From NCBI RefSeq assembly GCF_004010195.1, contig NW_025215381.1, forward strand, positions 279,504 to 343,503: 64,000 nt of DNA, in the 5' to 3' direction. Under the pieces are notes generated by a model. It was given only the letters and a program-made list of their open reading frames with translations. It was not told the origin of the DNA and searched no databases. Numbering within the stretch: the stretch's first letter is position 1; each line of letters starts with the position of its first letter. The stretch comes from Chiloscyllium plagiosum. Its lineage: Eukaryota. Both the position numbers and the translations under genes were made by a program. Below, piece after piece: positions 25,090 to 36,800 of this stretch.

Positions 25090-25825
25090 ACTTGACCTGC
25101 TGTGTGGACTTGCCATTGTCAACATTGGTGTATAAGAGAGGTCAGTTTACCTGTGCGATCCTGAGCAAACAGAGACTGTGTACCAACTCTGACAGGAAGA
25201 TGTCCTTATGTGCCGAAAGACTGAATGTTGCCAAGAATGACTTTTGCAGTGATCACCTGCATAAAAAATTAACCGTTCATTTACAGAACAAGTCTAAATA
25301 GTCTTTACCATGTGAAGGTGTTGCGTGTCAGTTTGATTACATTTGTACTATGTGCATCCTTGATAAGCCTTATCCCCTTTCAGATAGATCATGTAGTAAA
25401 AGAGACAAAGGGGGGATGTTTCTAGAAACCTGTAATAAAATCTTTGGAGAGGATGAAGTAATTTGTTACACCTTTACTTCAGTAAGAGACTCCTTGACCC
25501 CTTTTATTCTTCCAAATCCTAACATGGGAGTATGGAATAATACTAAAGTATTTACAGGACATAATATCTTTTTAGTTATTACCTATCCCCACCTATACTT
25601 GTTTATGTACTTCCTCCAATAAATCCGCAATATCCTATCCAAATTACTACAATGATAAGGAATGGGGGTGGCCTTATGTAAGAGTTCATACATTTTTTTT
25701 CCTGTGCTATGATTAAATGTATTAGTTGCCACTGCTTTTCTGAAGGACTTGCAACTCATTTGTATGCCTTAATGAAAAATATCTAATATCACTAGAATTC
25801 AAACTCTATGTGGAGAGGGTAACAA
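25090..25825 (+). pseudogene. env: Inverted second copy of the ERV env SU 5' region
   Basis: LDKPYPLSDRSCSKRDKGGMF...RDSLTPFILPNPNMGVWNNTKVFTGH matches the minus-strand env at ~4250-4845. Confidence 0.88.
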
Positions 25826-26413
25826 TGAAGTTAACCTCTGATGCCAAATTGAGAGCACAATTCTTCATTTATATCACCAATAAAATGAGGACAGGCAAAG
25901 AGGAATACCAAAACGGGGAATAACTTCCTTAAGCAGGATACTTACAACAGTTTTCACAGTCGCATTTGAAGTAGGATAAGCCTCAATCCATTTAGAGAAA
26001 ACATCAACAATAACTAAACATACTTATAATTTTGACATTTTTCTAATTCAATAAAATCTAATTGAAGAGTCTGAAAAGGTCCCTCAGGGAGGGGTGCCTG
26101 ACCCGCAGGGCAAGGAATACCTTTCCCAGGATTGTGTTCCTGACATGTCAGGCATCCATCGCTTGTTAAGCCATCTGCTGGAGGCGAGGATGCCACCAGG
26201 TATTCAAAAGCAAATCAGACGTTGAATGAGCACCACAGTGAGCATTATGAATACAATCAACTACCCATAAAACAAGTTCATTTGACATACAAATCTATCC
26301 AGCTGGAGTGGTCCATAGTTTAGTAACAGGATTACAATAGCCGGCTTTAGACCACAACTGCCTTTCAGATTCAGAGGCATCCCTCTGCGAGGTTGAATAG
26401 TTGGCATTAGTTT
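25822..26413 (-). pseudogene. pol: Duplicated integrase N-terminal fragment directly after the PBS
   Basis: Near-identical to ~5592-6187. Translates as CLTCQEHNPGKG...QLDFIELEKCQNYKYV. Confidence 0.92.
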
Positions 26414-26431
26414 ATTCAAGTCACAGCACCA
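26414..26431 (-). other. Primer-binding site, tRNA-His type
   Basis: Minus strand TGGTGCTGTGACTTGAAT, 3 nt after the 5' LTR. 15/18 match to the tRNA-His PBS TGGTGCCGTGACTCGGAT, with all differences being transitions. Confidence 0.85.
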
Positions 26432-26434
26432 AAA

Positions 26435-27075
26435 TGAAGATCTACGACCCCTCAAGAGGGGTCTCTTGGTTCGAGATCGGTCAAAAGAATCGACAAATGC
26501 AGTCTATTCAAAAAGCAAGGGTCATTAGTTTATTTAATTAAGGTACTTTGATGCAATTCTATCCAGCAACACCGAGATTGAAGCTTCTGTGTTCCATGGT
26601 GAAGTTGCGCAATTACATTTCAAAATTACACATTTTTTTAGTAATAGTACAACCTTAATCACAAAAAAGACCAATCACATATAATAAGGTGACATGATTT
26701 ACAACAAGTAAATACAACAAGATATTTCCTGGGAAAGGGCTTTTAATTACAAAAAAGTCCAATCAACTGTAATATGGTGATGTTATTGAAGACAGCCTAA
26801 TCCAATGGTATTTTCTTTAAGAAGGATATCTTATTTACGCAAATTGTCATGCCATGTTCAAGGTTAATTCAAATGGTCTATTAATGAGTCATATTCATCT
26901 TATGAAAATTTGATGATGTCATTCTGCAACTGCAACTTTCAACTGCAATGTCATTCTGCAAATCAGCAGTATGGTTCACAAGCCGTTTTATAGTATTCTT
27001 TTAAATCGAGAAACCATTTTGTTATAATAAAAATCTACATATTTTTGTTGCCTAAATTCAAATTTTAGATCCTCA
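26435..27075 (-). mobile_element. ERV 5' LTR (641 bp)
   Basis: Homologous to 2160-3127, followed on the minus strand by the PBS and flanked by the TSD. Confidence 0.93.
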
Positions 27076-27089
27076 CTGCCGACGTTTGG

Positions 27090-27900
27090 AAATTCCAGAT
27101 TTAGATTTTGGAGAGTGAGATGGAAGAGCTCAGATGAGTATTAATAGGAGAGCATTTTTGTGGTAGGTGATGCAATTCAACATATTTTAGCATAATTGTG
27201 GAAGAAATAAATGGTAAAATAAGAGTAAATGTTCTATAAGGGGAGTTCAAATGTGCTTGGCTGAGAAGCGACGATAATGGAAATCTGTGACAGTCCAAAA
27301 GGACACTGGCAGAAAGCTGAGTAAGAAAATTTAGGTTGCACATGATCTGATCAATCAAAGGCATCGAACTATAAACTCTGCACCTTGCTCTATTGAGCAG
27401 CTGCATTAAGGATACAATTTCAAAAAAGCAAGAAAAATAATATCCAGCAAAGTGAGCAAAATACTGCAGAAAATCAAAAACAGTACAATAAACATCAAGG
27501 TGAATTACAAAAAGAAGTTCAGGAAAGAAAAACAAAGAGAGATTGGAAAAAGTATGGAGAGGGTACACCAAAAACAAACATTCTTTTGTGTTAGAAGTAT
27601 GCAAAGTGCAAGGATAAATGGAGAAACAAGTAAGCCATATTATGATCAAAGTGGCAAAGTATCTGTGGAGGCAGAGAATATGAGTAAGGGACATCTTGAA
27701 GTCTTTGAGCTTGTCTTCGCCAAAGATCAGGTCGATTATCGCATGATAGTTAAAATGAGAAAGAGACATACCATGGGAAAAGCATGTTAAGAGAGGAACT
27801 CTTAATATGTTTGACTTATTTAAAAACATATACATCCCCATTTCTGAATGAATTGAAAGTCTGGTTGTTAGAAATTGCTAAAAGACTTAGGTAGAGACCT
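27090..27900 (+). mobile_element. Degenerate CR1 ORF2 fragment (endonuclease/tether)
   Basis: Decayed similarity to the CR1 ORF2 at 47500-48900. Confidence 0.55.
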
Positions 27901-28029
27901 GGAAGAACCTGTACACAGAGGTAGCTTCGCTTCCTGTGCTGACTGAAAGTTTATTCATTGTTCTACCCAGACAGGAACCTGGACACCACTTGAGTGGAAC
28001 TGGAACCATTGCATGGTGAGTAATTACTA

Positions 28030-28625
28030 TAGAATACACAACATTACATAAGCCTTTTGACCCTCGATGTTGCGCTGACCTCTGAAACCAATCTGAAGCC
28101 CATCTAACCTATAGTATTCAAATATTATCCATATATTTATCCAATGACCATTTAAATGCCCTTAAAATTGGNNNNNNNNNNNNNNNNNNNNNNNNNNNNN
28201 NNNNNNNNNNNNNNNNNNNNNNNNNNNNNNNNNNNNNNNNNNNNNNNNNNNNNNNNNNNNNNNNNNNNNNNNNNNNNNNNNNNNNNNNNNNNNNNNNNNN
28301 NTGCTAGCCATCACCATCTGAGGAAAAAGGTTCTCACTGTCTACCCTATCTAATCCTGTGATCATTTTGTATATATCTATTATGTCACCTCTTAACCTTC
28401 TTCTCTCTAACGAAAACAGCCTCAAGTCCCTCAGCCTTTCCTCATAAGACCTTCCCTCCATACCAGGCAACATCCTGGTAAATCTCCTCTGCATCCTTTC
28501 CAATGTTTCCACATCCTTCCTATGATGCAGCAACCAGAACTACATGCAATATTCCAAGTGTGGCTGCACTGAGTTTAGCACAGCTGCAACGTGATCTCAA
28601 GGCTCCGAAACTCAATCCCCCTAAC
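28030..28625 (-). mobile_element. CR1 LINE 3' fragment (spans a gap)
   Basis: RKDVETLERMQRRFTRMLPGMEGRSYEERLRDLRLFSLERRRLRGD plus 3' UTR. Confidence 0.9.
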
Positions 28626-29287
28626 ATTCACGCATCCATGTCAGGAACATTGTTGTCTTGTGGTAGCTGCCATATGAAGTTAATATAGTGTAGATTTGGT
28701 GTAGTCATTAGCCATGGCCATGTCCACTGCTCATTACCAATGTTCTCATCCATAGGATGACAGCACATTGCTGTTTTATTGGAACAGATGGATGCGAGCA
28801 TCCAAATGTCCAAATGTCTTGCCATTTTCCAAAAATAATGTACAAGCATTCCAGTTTGATGCCTGTATTTTCCCAACGCCATGTTTACACAGGCTTGCTC
28901 TTTGAAACTGAAAAAAATAACTGTAAATAATGAAAGTAGAACCCTTTGAAATGAAGAATGTTAATATTGGAACAATAATCCACATTTAGCTTCTCGTGTC
29001 CAAATTATGCATATCAATGTGAAATATGGAAGAGGATTTGATCAGATAGAGACCCAAAATATTTCTACTCTGAAGGATAAACACCGGCTGATTTGAACCA
29101 ATATGTGTGAAAGTTTCCAGTATGTCCATTTCCCTAACCCTAATCTTATAAACATGTAATTTATGTTGTTTCATTGTCCACTCCACATCCTCCGGGTATA
29201 AGACTTATTAAATTGGTACAAGTTGTTTTCCATGCTCACTTTAAACAAATTCAGACTCTCAAAAGTAGATTTCAAGGTTGCAAACAA

Positions 29288-29385
29288 TGTTCTGAAGAAT
29301 AGTCTTAACAGACTGAAACATTGACTCCTGTTTCTCTCTCTACAGTTGCTGTCAGAGTTACTGAATTTCTCATTGCTGCCATGAT
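29288..29385 (+). mobile_element. Penelope-like terminal repeat remnant with decayed hammerhead motif
   Basis: CTGAAGA-AT-AGTCT-TAAC-AGACT-GAAACATT; stem II pairs perfectly. Confidence 0.55.
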
Positions 29386-30081
29386 CACCTTACCTCAGAT
29401 CAAGGCAAGTTCAGGCCACCAATATAGAATAAATAAACAGGCTGCAGTAAAATTACTATTTTATCTGAAGGTATTGAAAGAAGACATCTGAGTCAGCNNN
29501 NNNNNNNNNNNNNNNNNNNNNNNNNNNNNNNNNNNNNNNNNNNNNNNNNNNNNNNNNNNNNNNNNNNNNNNNNNNNNNNNNNNNNNNNNNNNNNNNNNNN
29601 NNNNNNNNNNNNNNNNNNNNNNNNNNNNNNNNNNNNNNNNNNNNNNNNNNNNNNNNNNNNNNNNNNNNNNNNNNNNNNNNNNNNNNNNNNNNNNNNNNNN
29701 NNNNNNNNNNNNNNNNNNNNNNNNNNNNNNNNNNNNNNNNNNNNNNNNNNNNNNNNNNNNNNNNNNNNNNNNNNNNNNNNNNNNNNNNNNNNNNNNNNNN
29801 NNNNNNNNNNNNNNNNNNNNNNNNNNNNNNNNNNNNNNNNNNNNNNNNNNNNNNNNNNNNNNNNNNNNNNNNNNNNNNNNNNNNNNNNNNNNNNNNNNNN
29901 NNNNNNNNNNNNNNNNNNNNNNNNNNNNNNNNNNNNNNNNNNNNNNNNNNNNNNNNNNNNNNNNNNNNNNNNNNNNNNNNNNNNNNNNNNNNNNNNNCAA
30001 CCACTGAATTATAAATCCGAAGCCTTGCTCACAATCTGACATAGATGGTTCATATAGAATCAGGCTTACTTTATTCCGAAA

Positions 30082-30361
30082 GGGCAGCACGGTGGTTAGC
30101 ACTGCTGCCTCACAGCGCCTGAGGCCCGGGTTCAATTCCTGCCTCAGGCAGGACTGTGTGGAGTTTGCACATTCTCTCCGTGTCTGCGTGGGTTTCCTCC
30201 GGGTGCTCCGGTTTCCTCCGACAGTCCAAAGATATGCAGGTTAGGTGAATTGGTCATGCTAAATTGCCCGTAGTGGTAGGTGTATGGGTGGGTTGCGCTT
30301 CGGCGGGTCGGTGTGGACTTGTTGGGCCGAATGGCCTGTTTCCACACTGCAAGTAATCTAA
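30082..30361 (+). mobile_element. HE1-like V-SINE
   Basis: tRNA-like head, V-domain and CR1-type tail. Confidence 0.92.
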
Positions 30362-30984
30362 ATATGTCAGAAATGATAAAATTTTAAAACAGCAAAATGC
30401 AAGCCAAGTATTTCATCGGAGAATATTGTGTGCCCATCTTGCTGTTCTGATTAACAGAAAATTCCCATTTTCATTCCTTGTTACAATCCACGAATTGTAC
30501 ACTTTAAACTAATTGTTTGTTGCTCGCTGTGAGAAGTGTGACAGCTCCGTCTGACATCGAACATACAAGAACATCAGTTGAAATCTTGCTCTCCTGAAAC
30601 ATGTGTTTCCTGCTTCTTTCTTTTTGTCTCGGTGACCGTTCCGTCAGGTGGGAGTCGAGTGAAAAGGCTGAGAGTGTTTTATTGATTCCTAAACCATACC
30701 CAAAAGAAGTGTGCATGCATGCGATCATTTCATTGTAGAAATGGTGCATGGACAGACGCATAGCATAGACAGACGCACGATAACTGGCTATTCACCTACC
30801 CAGGCAATCAAATACGTCACTTGCCTCACTTCTCCCCCAGAAACCTGCTTGTAATTCTCTGTCAGTGATTTATCCAGTTCCTCTTTGGATAATAAATTAT
30901 TCTGTCCAATGCTGGAAGTCACTGATCTCTATGTGTGTGCTCAGATGCCCTTGTATTCAAATTACACAGAACACTGACATGCTG

Positions 30985-31244
30985 AATTAGATTACTTACT
31001 TGCAGTGTGGAAACAGGCCTTTCGGCCCAACAAGGCCACACCGACCCTCCGAAGAGCAAGCCACCCAGACCTATGCCCCTAACCTGCACATTTCTTTGGA
31101 CTGTGGGAGGAAACCAGAGCAAAGCCACGCAGCCGTGGGGAGAATAAGTAAACTCCGCACAGACAGTTCCCTGAGGCGGGAACTGAACCCAGATCTCTGG
31201 CGCTGTGAGGCAGCAGTGCTAACCACTGTGCCACGGTGCCACCC
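30985..31244 (-). mobile_element. HE1-like V-SINE (internally deleted)
   Basis: Reverse complement of the SINE consensus with a TAATC tail. Confidence 0.9.
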
Positions 31245-31479
31245 AAGAAGATGCAAGCACATTGGCTTTGAAGAGCAAGGACACATTGCCAAGTCTGCTT
31301 TACTGAGATCGACATAAATAATCCAATGGGCCACTTTCATCTTCAGATTAATTACGAACATTTATGAAAAGCAGGACTGTAAGAATGAATACACTTTCGT
31401 GTTCTGTCCAAATCAAACATTGATATACTTGAGAACAGAAACGAGTCTGGTGTTCGATGTGACTTGGCCAACATCTTGC

Positions 31480-31900
31480 GACTTTCACCATGAATTTGGA
31501 GTATCCAAGCATGAAGAATATCCTCCTTGCACCTATTCTGTACAGATCTGTTGCAGTTGCATTATTTTAAATCAGATCTCTTCGAGTTCTTCTGAATTCC
31601 AGTCAATTCCCTAAAAGATGTAATCTGTCCTCAGACGTCATCCTCGACATCTTTAGCATCAGCCTCGTGACTGTCTGCTGCACTCTCTCTGTGGCAAGTC
31701 CTTCATTTCTTAGGCAGGGAAAGAAAAACAACAAACTTTCTATTTGCCAATGAGCAGAAGCACAACTTACTCAAGCTTTCCTCGTAAGAGTGTCCCTCCA
31801 CACCCACTGTCATTCTAGCGAATCCTCACTGCACTGCATTGAATGCCAGAACACCTTTCCTGATATCAGAGGTATAAAACTGTTCACAGCTTTGCAACTG
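31480..31900 (-). mobile_element. Two old CR1 RT C-terminal fragments
   Basis: Minus translation ERVQQTVTRLMLKMSRMTSEDRLHLLG, and a similar decayed stretch at 31740-31900. Confidence 0.55.
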
Positions 31901-32289
31901 TGATCTGAGTAGTGTTGTGGGATTGGAGTGCCTTTATTAGGTGGAGACTCAGAAAAACAGCATGGTAGAGTGGATAGATGCAACTATTTTCACATCATAC
32001 CCAATAGTGAGCAGTATGATTATGAGGTGTACATAAGGCAACAAAAAGAAAATAAGAGCTGGAATAGTCGGTCTGGCCCCTCGACCCTGTTGTGCCATTC
32101 CAAAGGATCTTGGCTATTTTTACAGACCTCAAACCCACTTTCTTGCACTTTTTCCAACACACTGGATTCCCTTACTGGATCAAGAATCGATATCAGATTT
32201 AAACATACACAAGTTCTGTGTTGGAAGGAGGTACAAAGAACTCAAACTGTGTGAGAAAAGAAATTCCTCCTCTACTCAGTCTTAAATTA

Positions 32290-33030
32290 GGGTGTGCTGT
32301 CCGTATCTTTGGAGTGTTTGATGTAGACAGTGTTAAAATAACTTTTCTCTGCATCTCTTGTCATACTGTCCCAGTCCTTGGAGTATTTGATGTGGACCTT
32401 GTCGAAAGAGCTCTTCTCTGTATTTAACCAGGTCCTGTATGAATCCTGGGAGTTTTTACTGAGCACAGTGCAGAGCACTATTTATGCTGTATCAATCCTC
32501 GTTCTCTCCCTGTTCTCGCAGAGTTTGATGAGGACAGTGTCGAGACATTTTTACTCTGTACGTAGTCACATTCTGTCCCAGTAATTGGAGTGATGAATGA
32601 GGGACAGTACAGAGAGAGATTTCCTCTGCCTTTAACCCCCTCCTAACCCTGTAATGGGTTTGTTAGATGGGAACAGTATAGAGGCAGCTCTGCTGTGTAT
32701 CTAAACCCATATTGTTCCAGCCTTGGGAGTATTTGATAGGGACGGTGGACAAGAAGATTTAATGCATATCTGACCCAATGCTGTCCCTGTTCTGGGAATT
32801 TTGGTGGGGGACCTCTAGTCGTGTATTACTTTGTATCCAACGCCGTTTTATTCATATCACATATTATTTGATGGGGATAGTGTCAGGAAGGTATTATCTG
32901 TATCTAACACGATCTCGTAACTGTCCTGGGAGAGTTTGATGAGGACCATGTCGAAGAAGCCTCACTTAATATCCAAATATACACGAACCCTGTCATACCA
33001 GTGTTTGATGTGGAAAGTCGGAGGGAGGTT
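32290..33030 (+). repeat. Degenerate tandem repeat, ~68-bp unit, about 11 copies
   Basis: Recurring CTGTCCCxGTCCTGGGAGTxTTTGATGxGGACAGTGTxGAxxGAGCTTTACTCTGTATCTAACC motif. Confidence 0.8.
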
Positions 33031-33089
33031 TACCACAAAGATCTACACAGTGCATGAGTAGACACATCGGCCCTCTGAGCCTGCGCCCT

Positions 33090-33803
33090 TATACTTGGTA
33101 GTGTGGATGAGCAGAGGGATCTTGGTGTCCATGTACACAGATCTCTGAAAGTTGCCACCCAGGTAAATAGTGCGGTGAGGAAGGCATATGGCGTACTGGC
33201 TTTTATTGGTAGAGGAATTGGGTTCCGGAGTCCTGAGGTCATGATGCAGTTGTATAAGACTCTGGTGCGGCCGCATCTGGAATATTGTGTGCAGTTTTGG
33301 TTGCCATACTATAGGAAGGATGTGGAGGCACTGGAACGGGTGCAGAGGAGGTTTACCAGGATGTTGCCTGGTATGGAAGGAAGATCGTATGAGGAAAGAT
33401 TGAGACACTTGGGGCTGTTTTCATTAGAGAAAGGAAGGTTTAGGGGTGACTTGATTGAGGTGTACAAGATGATTAGGGGGTTAGATAGGGTTGACAGTGT
33501 GAACCTTTTTCCGCGTATGGAGTCGGGTATTACAAGAGGGCATAGCTATAAATTAAGGTGGGGGGGGTAGATATAGGACTGAAGTTGGGGTAGGTTCTTC
33601 ACTCAGCGAGTCGTCAGTTCATGGAATGCCTTGCCAGTAGCAGTGGTGGACTCTCCCTCTTTATGGGCATTTAAGCGGGCATTGGATAGGTATATGGAGG
33701 ATAGTGGGTTAGTATAGGTTAGGTGGGCTTGGATCGGCGCAACATCGAGGGCCAAAGGGCCTGTACTGCGCTGTATTCTTCTATGTTCTATCTATGTTCT
33801 ATG
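33090..33803 (+). mobile_element. CR1 LINE, 5'-truncated, young
   Basis: ORF 33103-33570 (RDLGVHVHRSLKVATQV...LVRPHLEYCVQFW), 3' UTR and TTCTATG tail. Confidence 0.93.
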
Positions 33804-33804
33804 A

Positions 33805-36800
33805 ATAGTGTGGGGCTGATAAAACCGGAGAGAGGGAAACTCTCAGCGGGATAGTGTGGGGCTGATAAACGCGGAGTGATGGACACTCTCAGTGGGATAG
33901 TGTGAGGCTGTTAAACCCGGAGAGGGGGACACTCTCAGGGGGATAGTGTGGGGCTGACAAACCCGTGTGCGGGACACTCTCAGTGGGATAGTGTGGGGCT
34001 GATAATTCCGGAGTTGGGGATACTCTCAGCGGGATAGTGTGGGGCTGATAAACCCGGAGTGAGGGAAAATCTCTGCGGGATAGTGTGGGTCTGATAAACG
34101 CTGAGTGAGGGACACTCTCAGCGGGAGAGTGTGGGGCTGATAAACCTGGAGTGGGGGACACTCTCAGCGGGATAGTGTGGGGCTGATAAACCCGGATTGG
34201 GGGACACTCTCAGAGGGATCGTATAGGGCTGATAATCCCGGATTTGGGGTTACTCTCAGCGGGATAGTGTGGGGCTGATAAACCCGGAGTGAGGGACACT
34301 CTCAGGGGGATAGTGTGGGGCTGAAAATCCCGGAGTGATGGATACTCTAAGCGGGATAGTGTGGGGCTGATAAGCCCGGAGTGAGGGACACTCTGAGGGG
34401 GATAGTGTGGGGCTGATAAACCCAGAGTGAGGGACACTCTGAGGGGGATAGTGTGGGGCTGATAAACCTAGAGTGAGGGACACTCTCAGTGGGATAGTGT
34501 GGGGCTGATAAACGCGGAGTGAGGGACGCTCTCAGTGGGATAGTGTGGGGCTGATAAACGCGGAGTGAGGGACGCTCTCAGTGGGATAGAGTGGGGCTGA
34601 AAAACCCCGATTGAGGGACATTCAGCGGGATAGTGTTGGGCTGATAATCCCGGAGTGAGGGACACTCAGCAGGATAGTGTGGGGCTGATAAACCCGGAGT
34701 GAGGGACGGTCTGAGGGGGATAGTGTGGGGCTGATAAATTCGGATTGATGGACGCTCACAGCGGGATAGTATGGGGATGAGAAACCCGGAGTGAGGGACA
34801 CTCTCAGCAGGATAGTCTGGGGCTGATAAACCCGGAGTGGGGGACACTCTCAGCGAGCTAGTGTGAGGCTGGTTAACCCGGAGTTTGGGACACTCTCAGT
34901 GGGATCGTGTGGGGCTGATAAACCCGGAGTGGGGGACAGTCTCAGGGGGATAGTGTGGGGCTGATAATCCCAGAGTTGGGGATACTCTCAGGGGGACAGT
35001 GTGGGACTGATAATCCCGGGAGGAGGACACCTTCAGGGTGATTGTGTGGGGTTGATATACCCGGAGTGCGGAACATTCTCAGCGGGAATGTGTGGAATGA
35101 TAAACACGGAATGGGAGACACTCTCAGCGGGATTGTGTGGGGTTGATAAACCCGGCGTTGAGGACACTCTCAGCGGTATAGTGAGGGGCGGAAAATCCCG
35201 GTGTAGTGGGCACTCTCAGCGAGATAGAGTGAGGCTGATAATCCCGGAGTTGAGGACACTCTCAGTGGGATAGTGTGGGGTTGATAAACCCGGAGTGAGG
35301 GACACTCTCAGCGGGATAGTGTGGGGCTGAAAAATCCAGAGTGGGAGACACTCTCTGCGGGATAGTGTGAAGCTGATTAACTCGGAGTGGCGGACACTGT
35401 CTGCGGGATATTGTGGACCTGATAAATGCGGATAGGGGGACACTCAGCGAGATAGTGTGGGTCTGATAAATTCGGATTGATGGACGCTCACAGCGGGATA
35501 GTGTGGGGATGAGAAACCCGGAGTGAGGGACACTCTCAGGGGGATAGTGTGGGGCTGATAATCCCGGAGTGAGGGACACTCTCAGCGAGATAGTGCGGGG
35601 CTGATAAACGCAGAGAGAGGTACTCTCTCCGTGTGATAGTGTGGGGCTGATAAACCCGGAGCGCGTGACACTCTCAGGGGGATAGTGTGGGGCTGATAAA
35701 CCCGGAGTGGGGGACACTCTCAATGGGATAGTGTGTGGCTGATAAACCCGGAGTGGGGGACACTCTGAGGGTGATAGTGTGGGGCTGACAAATCCGGAGT
35801 GAGGGACACTCTCAGGGGGATAGTGTGTGGCTGATAAATCCGGAGTGAGGGACACTCTCAGGGGGATAGTGTGGGGCTGATAAACCCGGAGTGAGGGACA
35901 CTCTCAGTGGGACAGTGTGTGGCTGATAAATCCGGAGTGAGGGACACTCTCAGGGGGATAGTGTGGGGCTGATAAACCTGGAGTGAGGGACACTCTCAGT
36001 GGGATAGTGTGGTGTTGATAAATCCGGAGTGAGGGACACTCTTAGGGGGATAGAGTGGGGCTGATATACCTGGAGTGAGGGACACTCTTAGGGGGATAGA
36101 GTGGGGCTGATAAACCTGGAGTGAGGGACACTCTCAGTGGGATAGTGTGGTGTTGATTAACTCGGAGTGGCGGACACTCTCTGCGGGATATTGTGGACCT
36201 GATAAATGCGGAGAGGGGAACACTCAGTGAGATAGTGTGGGGCTGAGAAACCCAGTGTGAAGGACAATCTCAGCGGGATAGTGTGGGGCTCTTAAACCCG
36301 GCATGATGGACACTCTCAGCAGAATAGCATGGGGCTGATATACGCGGAGTGAGGGACACTCAAAGTGGGATAGTGTGTGGTTGATAAACCCGGAGGGAGG
36401 GACAATCAGCGGGATAGTGTGGCGCTGATAAACCCGGAGATGAGGACACTCTCAGCGGGATAGTGAGGGGCAGATAAACCCGGAGTGACGGACACACTCC
36501 GCGAGATAGTGTGGGGCTCATAATCCCGGAGTTGAGGACACTCTCAAGGGGATTGTGTGGGGTTGATAAACCCGGAGTGGGGGACACTCTCAATGGGATA
36601 GTGTGAGGCTGATAAACCCGGAGTGGGGGACACTCTCAGCGGGATAGTGTGGAGCTGATAAACCCGGAGTGGGGGACACTCTCAGCGGGATAGTGTGGAG
36701 CTGATAAACCCGGAGTGAGGGACACTCTCAGTGGGATAGTTTGGGGCTGATAAACCCGGAGTTGAGTACACTCTCAGTGGGATAGTGAGGGATAGAAAAT

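Larger units (their letters stand above)
2160..27075 (-). mobile_element. Endogenous retrovirus provirus (class I, gamma/epsilon-like), rearranged and expanded to ~24.9 kb
   Basis: Homologous LTRs at 2160-3127 and 26435-27075 with TGA(A/G)GATCT...AGATC(C/T)TCA termini. A 4-bp TSD (CTGC) sits at 2156-2159 and 27076-27079. PBS, PPT and gag-pol-env are all on the minus strand. Confidence 0.93.

Noticed and set aside
18685..25825. Independent second provirus inserted in the opposite orientation
   Set aside because: No LTR, PBS, PPT or TSD bounds the plus-strand segment, and its ends are microhomology junctions.
27101..27841. 246-aa hydrophobic minus-strand ORF
   Set aside because: It is the antisense of an A-rich decayed CR1 ORF2.
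28630..29200. Possible minus-strand exon, faintly C-type-lectin-like
   Set aside because: The motifs are split among frames and too weak to support a call.
29456..30135. Long ORFs containing X runs
   Set aside because: They are artefacts of the N gap at 29498-29997; the same applies at 28172-28301.
30504..30761. 85-aa ORF in CpG-containing unique sequence
   Set aside because: No domain similarity or convincing splice-site pair was recognised.
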